DNA from: Mucilaginibacter gynuensis
GTDB lineage: Bacteria; Bacteroidota; Bacteroidia; Sphingobacteriales; Sphingobacteriaceae
Length of the DNA stretch: 32,000 bases
Direction of reading: 5' to 3'
Assembly (NCBI RefSeq): GCF_039541195.1
Contig: NZ_BAABFT010000005.1
Location: 106,035 to 138,034, forward strand
Below are positions 17,242-25,785 of this stretch, piece after piece. The number at the start of each line of letters is the position of its first letter. The stretch's first letter is position 1. A program made the translations under genes and the position numbers. A model generated the notes under the pieces. The model made no database searches and was not told where the DNA came from. It saw nothing but the letters and a program-made list of their open reading frames with translations.

Positions 17242-17847
17242 GTGACAGGTGCAGAGAAGATAATTGAGGGGAGCGAACAGCTGTTTTTAAACGCGGGTTT
17301 TAAGAGTGTAACCATGGATGATATTGCCAAACATTTAGGCATCTCCAAGAAAACCATATACCAGTTCTTTAAAAATAAGGATGAGTTAGTACAAGCCTTT
17401 GTGCAAAGCAAGCTCAATGCGGATCATAGCCATTTATGCGCGCTCATGAACCAATCGGGCAATATGATTGAGGAGTTGATCAGCATGACGCATTTTGCTG
17501 AGGAGTTGTTTTCGCGCGTTAACCCTATAGCTATTAACGAGCTGCAAAAGCACCACCCCGATGCATGGGCCCTCTTTCTGAAATTTAAGACCGATGTATT
17601 AACCCAAACCCTGGAACAGCTTTTAGCAAAAGGGATTAAACAAGGCTACATCCGCGATAGCATCGATGCCAAAATAATGGCACGTATGCGTATGAACCAG
17701 ATTGAGACGGGTTTCAACACTACAATATTCCCGGTTGCTGAATATAATGTTTGGGAAGTACAATCGCAGTTTCTGCAACATTTCAACTACGGTATATGTA
17801 CCTTTAAGGGCATCGAAATACTCAACAACTATAAACAAACCGCCTAA
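17242..17847 (+). CDS. TetR/AcrR-family transcriptional regulator, second of a tandem pair
   Basis: 201-aa ORF with a GTG start 10 nt after the previous stop. The HTH reads IIEGSEQLFLNAGFKSVTMDDIAKHLGISKKTIYQFFKNKDEL. Confidence 0.85.
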   Translation: MTGAEKIIEGSEQLFLNAGFKSVTMDDIAKHLGISKKTIYQFFKNKDELVQAFVQSKLNADHSHLCALMNQSGNMIEELISMTHFAEELFSRVNPIAINELQKHHPDAWALFLKFKTDVLTQTLEQLLAKGIKQGYIRDSIDAKIMARMRMNQIETGFNTTIFPVAEYNVWEVQSQFLQHFNYGICTFKGIEILNNYKQTA

Positions 17848-17849
17848 TA

Positions 17850-20420
17850 TTATTTGCCGCCAAACAGTTGATTGGCACGATACAAATTATCGGTAGCCTG
17901 CAAAATTTTGGCTTTCAGTTTAGGGTTATAATTTGGGTGTGATCTCAAAAAATCATCCACTACCTTAAGTGCCTCTTTACTCTGGTAATTGCCGAACACC
18001 GCCCCCAGCCACGATTGCGGGAAGAACACATCGCCGGTACGCTGTATCTCCTCTACCAACTGTAAACTTTGGGGTAGGTATTTTACAGCGCTTGCCTGCC
18101 TTAGCGGATGGTTCAGGTAATAAAGTGCAGATACTACCCAAGCCTCTTTTCGCCTGTTTTTAGTGTCTTTCAGGCTCTCGAAAAAAGCATCTCGTTCGTG
18201 CACATCTAATGACAGAGCTGGCATTAAAAAGGCAAGTCGATCCTTACGGTCGATGTTGGTTACCCTACCCTGCTGCTCTTTAATTACCGATGTCGCGGTA
18301 TCGCTTTTTAGCGCGAGTGTTAAGGCCAGTGAAATATAATCGTCTTCGTTTAGTTTTACACCTGCGGGCGCTTGCTTATGCTGCCATATTTGGTACATTT
18401 TGCCTTGTACATCTTTGCTCAAATAAATATCCTGAACAGTTTTAAACAGAACCTTTTTATTATTGGCAGCCGTTTGGCTTTCCATAGCAGCTAACAAGGT
18501 TCGTTCTAAACCGGCGCTTAACGTAGTCCTTTCATCCGGACGTGTAAACTCCCAGAATATGGTGCCGATATAGCCGGTTAGCAAGCGCAGGTTCATTTCA
18601 TTCTGCTCTGTTTGCAGCCCGCTGCTGAACAGTTTTAACAGTTCTGCCGGGGTAAATGACCTGCCGGCCAGCATGTTTTCGTAAGCATTGATATAGGCCG
18701 ATGCACGCTGCAATGGGTTGGCAATAGCGAACAAACCAGCCTCCATGCCCTTATCCACCGGGAACAAGCCATAACCCATCCCATCGGCATTAAAGAGGAT
18801 ATATTGAGGTTTGCCCAATCCTTTTAAACCGTTTACAACAACCTGTTGCGCATTCATATTTACACTTACTGATCTGTTTCCCTCCGGATACACTAAGGTA
18901 ACCTGAAACTGCTGCGGCCATATCCGCATGGCGCCATTTTCGGGGTGTTGCTCAATAGTAAATTGGCTGATCTTATCGCCCGCGTAACTTACCTTATAAC
19001 TAAATATAGGTCTGCCTGGTTGGTTAACCCATACCTTGTTCCAGCTATATAAATCGGCTTTAGTATACTTGCTTAAAATAGCGATCAGGTCATTCCAGGT
19101 GGCGTTGCCGTACGCGTATTTTCTGAGATATTCCTGTACCCCTTTCCTGAAATTGTCCTTCCCCATCAGCAGCTCCAGCTGACGCATCATAATGGGTGCT
19201 TTATGGTAAATGATGTTGCCGTATAGTGAGCCTGCATCCTGCAAATTATCAAGCTGCTGCCTTATGGGGTTGGCACCGGCTGTACGGTCAATGCTGTAAG
19301 CGGCAGGGTAATGATCCTGCAAAAACTTAAGGTTGAAGGTTTCGGTACCCATTAGTTTTTCGGTTACCTTATCGGCCATAAAATTAGCGAACACTTCCTT
19401 CATCCACACATCATTAAACCAGGCCATGGTGACCATATCTCCGAACCACATGTGTGCTACCTCATGAGAAATCACGTTTGAACGGGCGATGTATTGATCT
19501 TTGGTAGCGCCATCATCTAAAAACAAGGCAGATGCTTTATACTGGATCTCGCCCGGATGTTCCATGCCACCGAACTGAAAATCGGGAATAGCCGCGAAAC
19601 CTACTTTTTGAAACGGGTAAGGAATACCCGTCCACTGCTCCAGAAAAGCTATGGCATCTTCATGTGCCTTAAATAACGAACCAACGCTCAATCTGATCTT
19701 AGTGCTGTCTGTTTCGCGGTGCAGAAATTCGGACTGCCGCTTACCCGTCATTTGCCTTAGCGAGGTGTATTTACCAGCCGTGAACGAGAATAGGTAAGTA
19801 GGTAACTTATCTGAATTGGCGAAATGATAGGTGCAGCGCTCACCATTAAGCACCGAATCTTTTTTAACGGCATTGGCGAGTACGTTCCAGTCGACAGGCA
19901 CTTGCAGGGTAAGCAGGAATTTCGATTTAAGATCGGGCTGATCAAAACACGGGAATACAGTTCGGGCACGATCGGGAACAAATAAGGCATACACAAACCC
20001 GGTGTTACGGTTAAGCGATTCGTTACCTGCCGTAAATTGAATAGTTAACTTGTTGGCCCCTTTATGCAGATACTTCGCGTCAATAACCAAATGCTCTTGC
20101 TGCCAGTTGGGTGTAGTCGTCGTACTGTTTATGGTAACGCTTTTAATATGACCGGCACTTTGCTTAAAATCAAGTTGCAGGCCTTGCGCTGTAGAACTAA
20201 GATCAAAACTGATGGTTTCTTCGGCTGCTATGGCGCTGTCCTTATCGGCAGGAATATTAAAGTTAATATCGTACTGAATATTAGTTAATACCTGGTGCCT
20301 GTAAGCAGCTAATGAATAAGAAACACCGGGTTCTACCTTTATTTCTTTTTTTTGCGCGAAACATGGGGTAGCAATACCTGAGATCAGTAAAGAATATATA
20401 AGCGTTGCGGAAAATTTCAT
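17850..20420 (-). CDS. Secreted M1-family zinc metallopeptidase (aminopeptidase N-like)
   Basis: 856-aa ORF with a signal peptide ending CFAQ. It has a HEVAHMWFGD zinc motif (19446-19466), a downstream glutamate (WMKEVFANF) and a GGMEHPG exopeptidase-like motif (19551-19571). Confidence 0.9.
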   Translation of the reverse strand: MKFSATLIYSLLISGIATPCFAQKKEIKVEPGVSYSLAAYRHQVLTNIQYDINFNIPADKDSAIAAEETISFDLSSTAQGLQLDFKQSAGHIKSVTINSTTTTPNWQQEHLVIDAKYLHKGANKLTIQFTAGNESLNRNTGFVYALFVPDRARTVFPCFDQPDLKSKFLLTLQVPVDWNVLANAVKKDSVLNGERCTYHFANSDKLPTYLFSFTAGKYTSLRQMTGKRQSEFLHRETDSTKIRLSVGSLFKAHEDAIAFLEQWTGIPYPFQKVGFAAIPDFQFGGMEHPGEIQYKASALFLDDGATKDQYIARSNVISHEVAHMWFGDMVTMAWFNDVWMKEVFANFMADKVTEKLMGTETFNLKFLQDHYPAAYSIDRTAGANPIRQQLDNLQDAGSLYGNIIYHKAPIMMRQLELLMGKDNFRKGVQEYLRKYAYGNATWNDLIAILSKYTKADLYSWNKVWVNQPGRPIFSYKVSYAGDKISQFTIEQHPENGAMRIWPQQFQVTLVYPEGNRSVSVNMNAQQVVVNGLKGLGKPQYILFNADGMGYGLFPVDKGMEAGLFAIANPLQRASAYINAYENMLAGRSFTPAELLKLFSSGLQTEQNEMNLRLLTGYIGTIFWEFTRPDERTTLSAGLERTLLAAMESQTAANNKKVLFKTVQDIYLSKDVQGKMYQIWQHKQAPAGVKLNEDDYISLALTLALKSDTATSVIKEQQGRVTNIDRKDRLAFLMPALSLDVHERDAFFESLKDTKNRRKEAWVVSALYYLNHPLRQASAVKYLPQSLQLVEEIQRTGDVFFPQSWLGAVFGNYQSKEALKVVDDFLRSHPNYNPKLKAKILQATDNLYRANQLFGGK

Positions 20421-20560
20421 TCAGTTATTATTATTTCTACCTGCGGAGGGTAAACAGCAGCATAGCATGGCCGAATATAATAAATAACGGACGGCACATC
20501 TAAAATCAACCGATAAAAAGCCCGTAACGGTGCTGATACATTTGATGCCTGTATAAAGCA

Positions 20561-20593
20561 GAAAAGGTATACCGATTACAGGCATACCTTTTC
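20561..20593 (-). terminator. Putative terminator hairpin downstream of the rhamnosidase gene
   Basis: 10-bp perfect stem gaaaaggtat / ataccttttc with a 13-nt loop, 23 nt past the stop at 20616. The trailing T-tract on the minus strand is only modest. Confidence 0.45.
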
Positions 20594-20615
20594 TTGTGCA
20601 GGTTAGATTTGTATA

Positions 20616-23345
20616 TTATTTAGCTTTCTCGCTGTTAAAGTGATAACTGCCCGAACCTATGTTGAACACCTTAAAGCCGGGTACATCAGTGCCTGCCTTT
20701 ATGTTTTTATCGTTCAGTACCGGGAGTTTTCCATCCAATATCGCGCCCTTACTATCCGGGAAATAAACGGTTGCTGTCGTGTTGGCGGGTATCACCACAT
20801 CCAGCGAAAATTTATCGCCCTGTACTTTCCAGTTGGATATTAGCTTGCCGTACATGGTGGTATAATCCAGATTGGCATAGGTAAGGTTACCCCCTACTGT
20901 TGGTTTTATAGTGATATTTTTATAACCCGGCGCTTCAGTTTTAGTATCAACGCCTGCTATAACACGGTACATCCAATCGCCAATGGCACCGTAAGCATAG
21001 TGATTATACGAGTTCATTGACGCATCCTGAAAAGTGCCATCGGGTTTAATACCGTCCCAACGTTCCCAAATAGTGGTAGCACCCATTTTTACCGGGTATA
21101 ACCACGATGGATAGGTTTCTTGCAGTAATAGTTTAAAAGCCACATCGGTATGCCCAAAACGACTTAGCACATGGCATAAATACGGGGTACCTAAAAAACC
21201 TGTGGTTAAGTGATCGCCATAACGGCCAATATTTGAAGCCAACCTGTCGGCAGCCTGCTGGCGCAGGTTCTCGGGCAGCATATCAAACTGCAAAGCAAGG
21301 GCATAAGCCGTTTGCGTATCAGATGAGATCAACCCGCTGCCGGTAACATATTCGTTTATGTAGGCAGCCTTTATTTTCGCCAGCAAAGCGGTATAAAAAG
21401 TTTCATCTTCTTTATTACCTAAAACCGCAGCCGCGTTGATCAATAATTGCGTTGAATGCGCATAAAAACATTGTGCTATAAGCGCTTTACTGGTTATGGC
21501 CGAACTACCGTCCACATCGTTATTTATACTGTAAAATAGCCAGTCGCCAAAGTGGTTAGTGGTATTCCAAAGATCGTTTTTAGCCTGGTTCTTCATAAAA
21601 CCAACCCAGGCTTTCATACCCGCGTACTGATCCTGTAATATCTGCTTATCGCCGTAAGCCAGGTACATATTCCACGGTACTATGGTAGCCACATCGCCCC
21701 AGCCGGTACTGCCGCCAACTTCGTTGTTTCCGCCCGAAAACACATCGGGCACTACAAACGGAATACTACCGCTTTTAAACTGATCGGCAGATACATCCTT
21801 CAGCCACTTGGCAAAAAAGTTATGTACATCCATATTGAACGAGGCCGTACGTGAAAATACCTGCGCGTCGCCGGTCCATCCCAGGCGTTCGTCGCGCTGC
21901 GGGCAATCGGTAGGCACATCTAAAAAGTTACCTTTTTGCCCCCATTGAATATTATGCTGCAATTGGTTCAGCAAGGGGTTTGAGCAGGTGAACGTACCGG
22001 TAGGTTCCATATCCGAATATAATGCCACCGCTCTAAACTTACTGGTATCCAAGCTCCCTGCTATACCCTCTACCTTTATATACCTGAAACCCTGCCAGGT
22101 AAATTTCGGCTCGAAGAACTCTTCGCCGCCGCCTTTTAGTACGTAGATATTTTGCGCCCTTGCAGCCCTTAAGTTTTCGGTGTAAAAATTACCGGCCTTG
22201 TCAAGTACTTCATTGTGTGATATTTTGATAGAATCGCCGGCTTTCCCGGTAATTTTAAACTGCACCCAGCCTACCACGTTTTGCCCAAAATCAATCACCT
22301 TTTCACCTTTCGGGGTAGTGATTAGCTTTACTGGATTAAAAACGGCGTGCTTTCTTACAGGCTCATTATAGGTAGCAATCAGGCGATCTTTGCTGTAATC
22401 CTGCACCTTTACTGCATCCCAGCCTGCATCGTTAAACTTCGCTTTAGCCCAACCCGGTTTGGCAAGGCGGGCATCAATGTTAGCGCCATTGTAAATTTCG
22501 GCATAGCGCACTTCCGCGGTTGATGATTTCCAGCTTTCGTCTGATATAATGGTGTCGTGGCTGCCATCGGTATAGTTAACCTCTAACTGAAACAACAAAG
22601 CCACATCCGTACCATAATGATTGGGGCTTGGGTTACCTGGCCCAAGAGGACTACGGTACCAGCCGCTACCCAATTCGGCACCAATGGCGTTTTCACCTGG
22701 CAACAGCATATTGGTAACATCGTAAACCTGGTATTGCAGGCGTTTGTTATAGCTTGTCCAGCCCGGGGTTAAATAAGCATCGCCTACTTTTTTACCGTTG
22801 ATCTGAGCTTCGTAAAAACCGTGCGAAGTTACGTAAGCTACCGCGCTTTTAACCTTTTTGGTAAGCGAAATGCTTTTACGCATTAGCGGACTTGGTTTGC
22901 CCACCACATCGCCGGCATAACCCGGCCCTATCCATTTGGCTTTCCAGTCGGCAGGTGTAAGCAGGCCCATACGCCAGGTAGCCTTAGCGCTCCATGGCGA
23001 AACACGACCGTTGTTATCCCAAATCCTTACCTGCCAGTAATATTGTTCGCCCGCTTTGAGGTCGGTACCCTGGTATGGTATATATAATGATTGATCGGCA
23101 GTAACTTTTCCGCTTTGCCAAAGTGTTTTGCCACCCTGTACGCCACCGGCCTTTATTTCGTAGGCGGTTTGCAATACGTTGCGTTTATTACCGGCCAATA
23201 CCTGCCAGCTAAAGCGTGGTGTTTTGGCGTCAATACCAAGCGGATCTTTTTGATTTTCGGTACGTAACTGGGTTACGCCTAACTGCGCGAAACAGTTTAA
23301 TCCTGCAAGGCAGGAAAACAAAATAGTAAGTAATAGTTTATTCAT
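20616..23345 (-). CDS. Alpha-L-rhamnosidase, glycoside hydrolase family 78
   Basis: It carries the hallmark PTDCPQRDERLGWTGDAQ motif plus N-terminal bacterial rhamnosidase-like beta-sandwich regions. I prefer the Met22 start (complement of 23343-23345), which gives signal peptide MNKLLLTILFSCLAGLNCFAQ. The track ORF extends to 23408. Confidence 0.9.
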   Translation of the reverse strand: MNKLLLTILFSCLAGLNCFAQLGVTQLRTENQKDPLGIDAKTPRFSWQVLAGNKRNVLQTAYEIKAGGVQGGKTLWQSGKVTADQSLYIPYQGTDLKAGEQYYWQVRIWDNNGRVSPWSAKATWRMGLLTPADWKAKWIGPGYAGDVVGKPSPLMRKSISLTKKVKSAVAYVTSHGFYEAQINGKKVGDAYLTPGWTSYNKRLQYQVYDVTNMLLPGENAIGAELGSGWYRSPLGPGNPSPNHYGTDVALLFQLEVNYTDGSHDTIISDESWKSSTAEVRYAEIYNGANIDARLAKPGWAKAKFNDAGWDAVKVQDYSKDRLIATYNEPVRKHAVFNPVKLITTPKGEKVIDFGQNVVGWVQFKITGKAGDSIKISHNEVLDKAGNFYTENLRAARAQNIYVLKGGGEEFFEPKFTWQGFRYIKVEGIAGSLDTSKFRAVALYSDMEPTGTFTCSNPLLNQLQHNIQWGQKGNFLDVPTDCPQRDERLGWTGDAQVFSRTASFNMDVHNFFAKWLKDVSADQFKSGSIPFVVPDVFSGGNNEVGGSTGWGDVATIVPWNMYLAYGDKQILQDQYAGMKAWVGFMKNQAKNDLWNTTNHFGDWLFYSINNDVDGSSAITSKALIAQCFYAHSTQLLINAAAVLGNKEDETFYTALLAKIKAAYINEYVTGSGLISSDTQTAYALALQFDMLPENLRQQAADRLASNIGRYGDHLTTGFLGTPYLCHVLSRFGHTDVAFKLLLQETYPSWLYPVKMGATTIWERWDGIKPDGTFQDASMNSYNHYAYGAIGDWMYRVIAGVDTKTEAPGYKNITIKPTVGGNLTYANLDYTTMYGKLISNWKVQGDKFSLDVVIPANTTATVYFPDSKGAILDGKLPVLNDKNIKAGTDVPGFKVFNIGSGSYHFNSEKAK

Positions 23346-23555
23346 CAGGATATAATTGGGATAAAGCGGTTGCAATTTATAGCATAGCATGCCATAAACC
23401 TTCCTCAACTGTCTGCATTTTACAAAATAACAGTGGCTGTTAAGTGTATTTTATAGAAAATTTATATAATAAATCCCACTCAACCCTGTGAACAAAATGA
23501 ACGAGTGCTGAACAAATCAATTTTTAATTTGTCACCGTATACAAGTTCGCGCCAC

Positions 23556-23963
23556 ATGAACTTTAAAGAACTTGAGATATCCGCCCTATTTGATACCACC
23601 TTACCGAGGATCATTTTGCGTGCGGATATACCAAACTTTACTATTCTGGCCTATAACGAAGCTTACAAGCATGCTACCTACACCCATCATCGCGATATTA
23701 CCGGCTGGTACCTGTGGGAAGCCTTTAATCCCGACAAAGGCGGCGACGGCGTTAACACCTTATTTAAAGCATTGTTAAAGGCTGTAGAAACCAACGAAAT
23801 AGTCATTACCGAACCCTTTTACTACAACATTCCATCTGTTGATGCCGGCGAATTTACCGAGAGCTGGTGGCAGCTGGATATTGTACCCTTAAAAGGTGAT
23901 GGCGGGCGACCTGCATATTTGCTCATCACCACCAATAACCTTAATAACCGCATTTTCGCGTAA
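23556..23963 (+). CDS. Small stand-alone PAS-like domain protein, or a remnant of a sensor kinase N-terminus
   Basis: The segments ILRADIPNFTILAYNEAYKHATYTHHRDITGWYLWEAF...WWQLDIVPLKGDGGRPAYLLITT follow a PAS-fold pattern. No kinase or output domain follows. I prefer the ATG at 23556 over the GTG at 23505. Confidence 0.45.
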   Translation: MNFKELEISALFDTTLPRIILRADIPNFTILAYNEAYKHATYTHHRDITGWYLWEAFNPDKGGDGVNTLFKALLKAVETNEIVITEPFYYNIPSVDAGEFTESWWQLDIVPLKGDGGRPAYLLITTNNLNNRIFA

Positions 23964-23968
23964 CGCAC

Positions 23969-25588
23969 CTATTTCGATTTATAATAATCTGTCCCTTTTG
24001 GGAACACCTTATGTGTATCGGCCCAGGTTTGCCATTTTTCATCGAGATCTTTCACCACATCAGGATACTGCTGCGCAATATTATTGCGTTCGGTGCGGTC
24101 ATGTTCCAAATCGTATAACTCCCATCTTCCGTTAGGCAGACGCTTTACTCCTTTCCAGTTACCGTGCCTTACGGCGCAGTTTTCTTCATGTTCCCAATAA
24201 AAATAATCGTGTGTTTTACCGCTACCTGTTTTAAAGGCCTGCAACATGCTAATACCCTCGTTAGGGATAATGGTATTGCCATTATATGTTTTAGGATATT
24301 TTGCCCCGGCCAGTTCTATAAAGGTGGGCATCATATCAATAACATGATATGGCGTATTGCTCCATTTACCGGCCTGCGCTTTTATGCCATTTGGCCAACA
24401 GGCGATAAACGGCGCGGCCAGGCCACCTTCATAAGCCTGATTCTTCCATTTTTTAAAGGGAGTGTTTGATACATTGGCCCAGCCCGTACCATACGATACC
24501 GCCCAAAACTTCAGCGGGTCATTCACCTCCGCCATCGGGCCGCCGCCAAGTTCTTTGTACGGCTCGGCACAAGCGCCGTTATCCGACAGGAAAACGATCA
24601 ACGTATTATCAAACTGTTTTTTAGCTTTCAGTGTACTGATGAGCTTACCAATGTTTTGATCCATACTGTATACTTGCGCGGCGTAAACGGCCATGCGGTA
24701 GGCTACATTTTCCTGTTCTTTTTTGGTAAGCTCATTCCAGGGGCGCATTTCGCGTTGGGCAAGCCCCCATTCGGGTTTGGTAAGCCCCATTTCGAGCTGT
24801 TTACGTAAACGTTCGTGCCGTACCGAATCCCAACCGATATTGTATTTATTGGCAAACAGCGCTATATCTTCCTTTTTAGCTTGCAAAGGCCAATGCGGCG
24901 CGTTATACGCGAGGTACATAAAGAAGGGTTTGGCATCGGCCTGATCATTAATAAAGCTTATTGCCTGTGTAGTAAAGGCATCGGTTGTATAATACCCCTC
25001 GGGGAAATCATACTGCATATCGCCATTACCTGTTGTTATACCTCGTGGCGGAAAAGGATGCAGATAGCTCGATCCGCCGCATAATATACCGTAAAATTTT
25101 TCAAAGCCGCGCTGCATAGGCCACTTCTCTTTACCGTGCATACCCACATGCCATTTGCCCGACATATAGGTATGATATCCTGCCGACTTCAATATCTCAG
25201 CAATGGTGACCGTGTTTTTACTGATGTAACCGCGGTAACCATCAACGCCTTCATTATGCGCGTCAACACTTTCCGGGTCTTCGGCCATACGGCCTACTCC
25301 TGCCTGGTGCGGGTGCAAACCGGTTAACAAGCTGGCCCTCGTGGGGCAGCACCGCGCATTATTATAAAATTGCGATAGCCTTACCCCCTTGCCTGCAAGC
25401 TCATCAATATTAGGCGTGGGTATTTCGCCGCCATAGCAACCAATATCCGAAAAGCCCATATCATCGGCCATAATTACAATAATATTGGGTCGCGGGGCTG
25501 GGGCAACAGCCTTATCCTTCGGGTTTTTAAAGAAGATCATGGCTAAAGCCAGCACACATAAGGCCAGCGAACTAAAAAAAGCTTTCAT
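23969..25588 (-). CDS. Arylsulfatase (formylglycine-dependent sulfatase family)
   Basis: 539-aa ORF with a signal peptide, the segment NIIVIMADDMGFSDIGCYGG and the sulfatase signature CCPTRASLLTG (C-x-P-x-R). Confidence 0.93.
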   Translation of the reverse strand: MKAFFSSLALCVLALAMIFFKNPKDKAVAPAPRPNIIVIMADDMGFSDIGCYGGEIPTPNIDELAGKGVRLSQFYNNARCCPTRASLLTGLHPHQAGVGRMAEDPESVDAHNEGVDGYRGYISKNTVTIAEILKSAGYHTYMSGKWHVGMHGKEKWPMQRGFEKFYGILCGGSSYLHPFPPRGITTGNGDMQYDFPEGYYTTDAFTTQAISFINDQADAKPFFMYLAYNAPHWPLQAKKEDIALFANKYNIGWDSVRHERLRKQLEMGLTKPEWGLAQREMRPWNELTKKEQENVAYRMAVYAAQVYSMDQNIGKLISTLKAKKQFDNTLIVFLSDNGACAEPYKELGGGPMAEVNDPLKFWAVSYGTGWANVSNTPFKKWKNQAYEGGLAAPFIACWPNGIKAQAGKWSNTPYHVIDMMPTFIELAGAKYPKTYNGNTIIPNEGISMLQAFKTGSGKTHDYFYWEHEENCAVRHGNWKGVKRLPNGRWELYDLEHDRTERNNIAQQYPDVVKDLDEKWQTWADTHKVFPKGTDYYKSK

Positions 25589-25785
25589 AGGTATATTTTA
25601 ACCGGTATGTAAAAATAGTAATCTACTCCAAAAAACATTAACATGCTTATGCCTCGTTTGTTATAGGCCGATACACTATCAGTTCTTTAAAGCATTATAA
25701 GTATAGCTGTAAGCTGATAACATCATAAAATCCGTTAAATTTTATTGAAAAATTTATAGCTTCGGCCCTTCCAAAGCAATAAAAG

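Noticed and set aside
20604-20611. A TAGATTTG match to the Bacteroidetes -7 promoter box (TAnnTTTG) pointing antisense into the 3' end of the rhamnosidase gene
   Set aside because: There is no appropriately spaced -33 TTG; the nearest is only 6 nt upstream. An isolated 8-mer match is expected by chance in AT-rich DNA.
23346-23408. N-terminal extensions given by the ORF track: the GH78 gene to 23408, the adaptor gene from 10571, the TetR gene from 9916 and the PAS-like ORF from 23505
   Set aside because: In the GH78 and adaptor genes an internal ATG immediately precedes a proper signal or lipoprotein peptide. In the TetR and PAS-like ORFs the upstream start is GTG and an in-frame ATG follows. 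The extensions encode non-signal residues, so I chose the shorter models.
25589-25785. Possible lysine riboswitch or amino-acid leader upstream of the aspartate kinase gene
   Set aside because: The 197-bp region is AT-rich. It lacks the GC-rich conserved helices and core motifs of the L-box, and I saw no leader peptide with Lys or Thr runs. Only an Rfam scan could formally exclude it.
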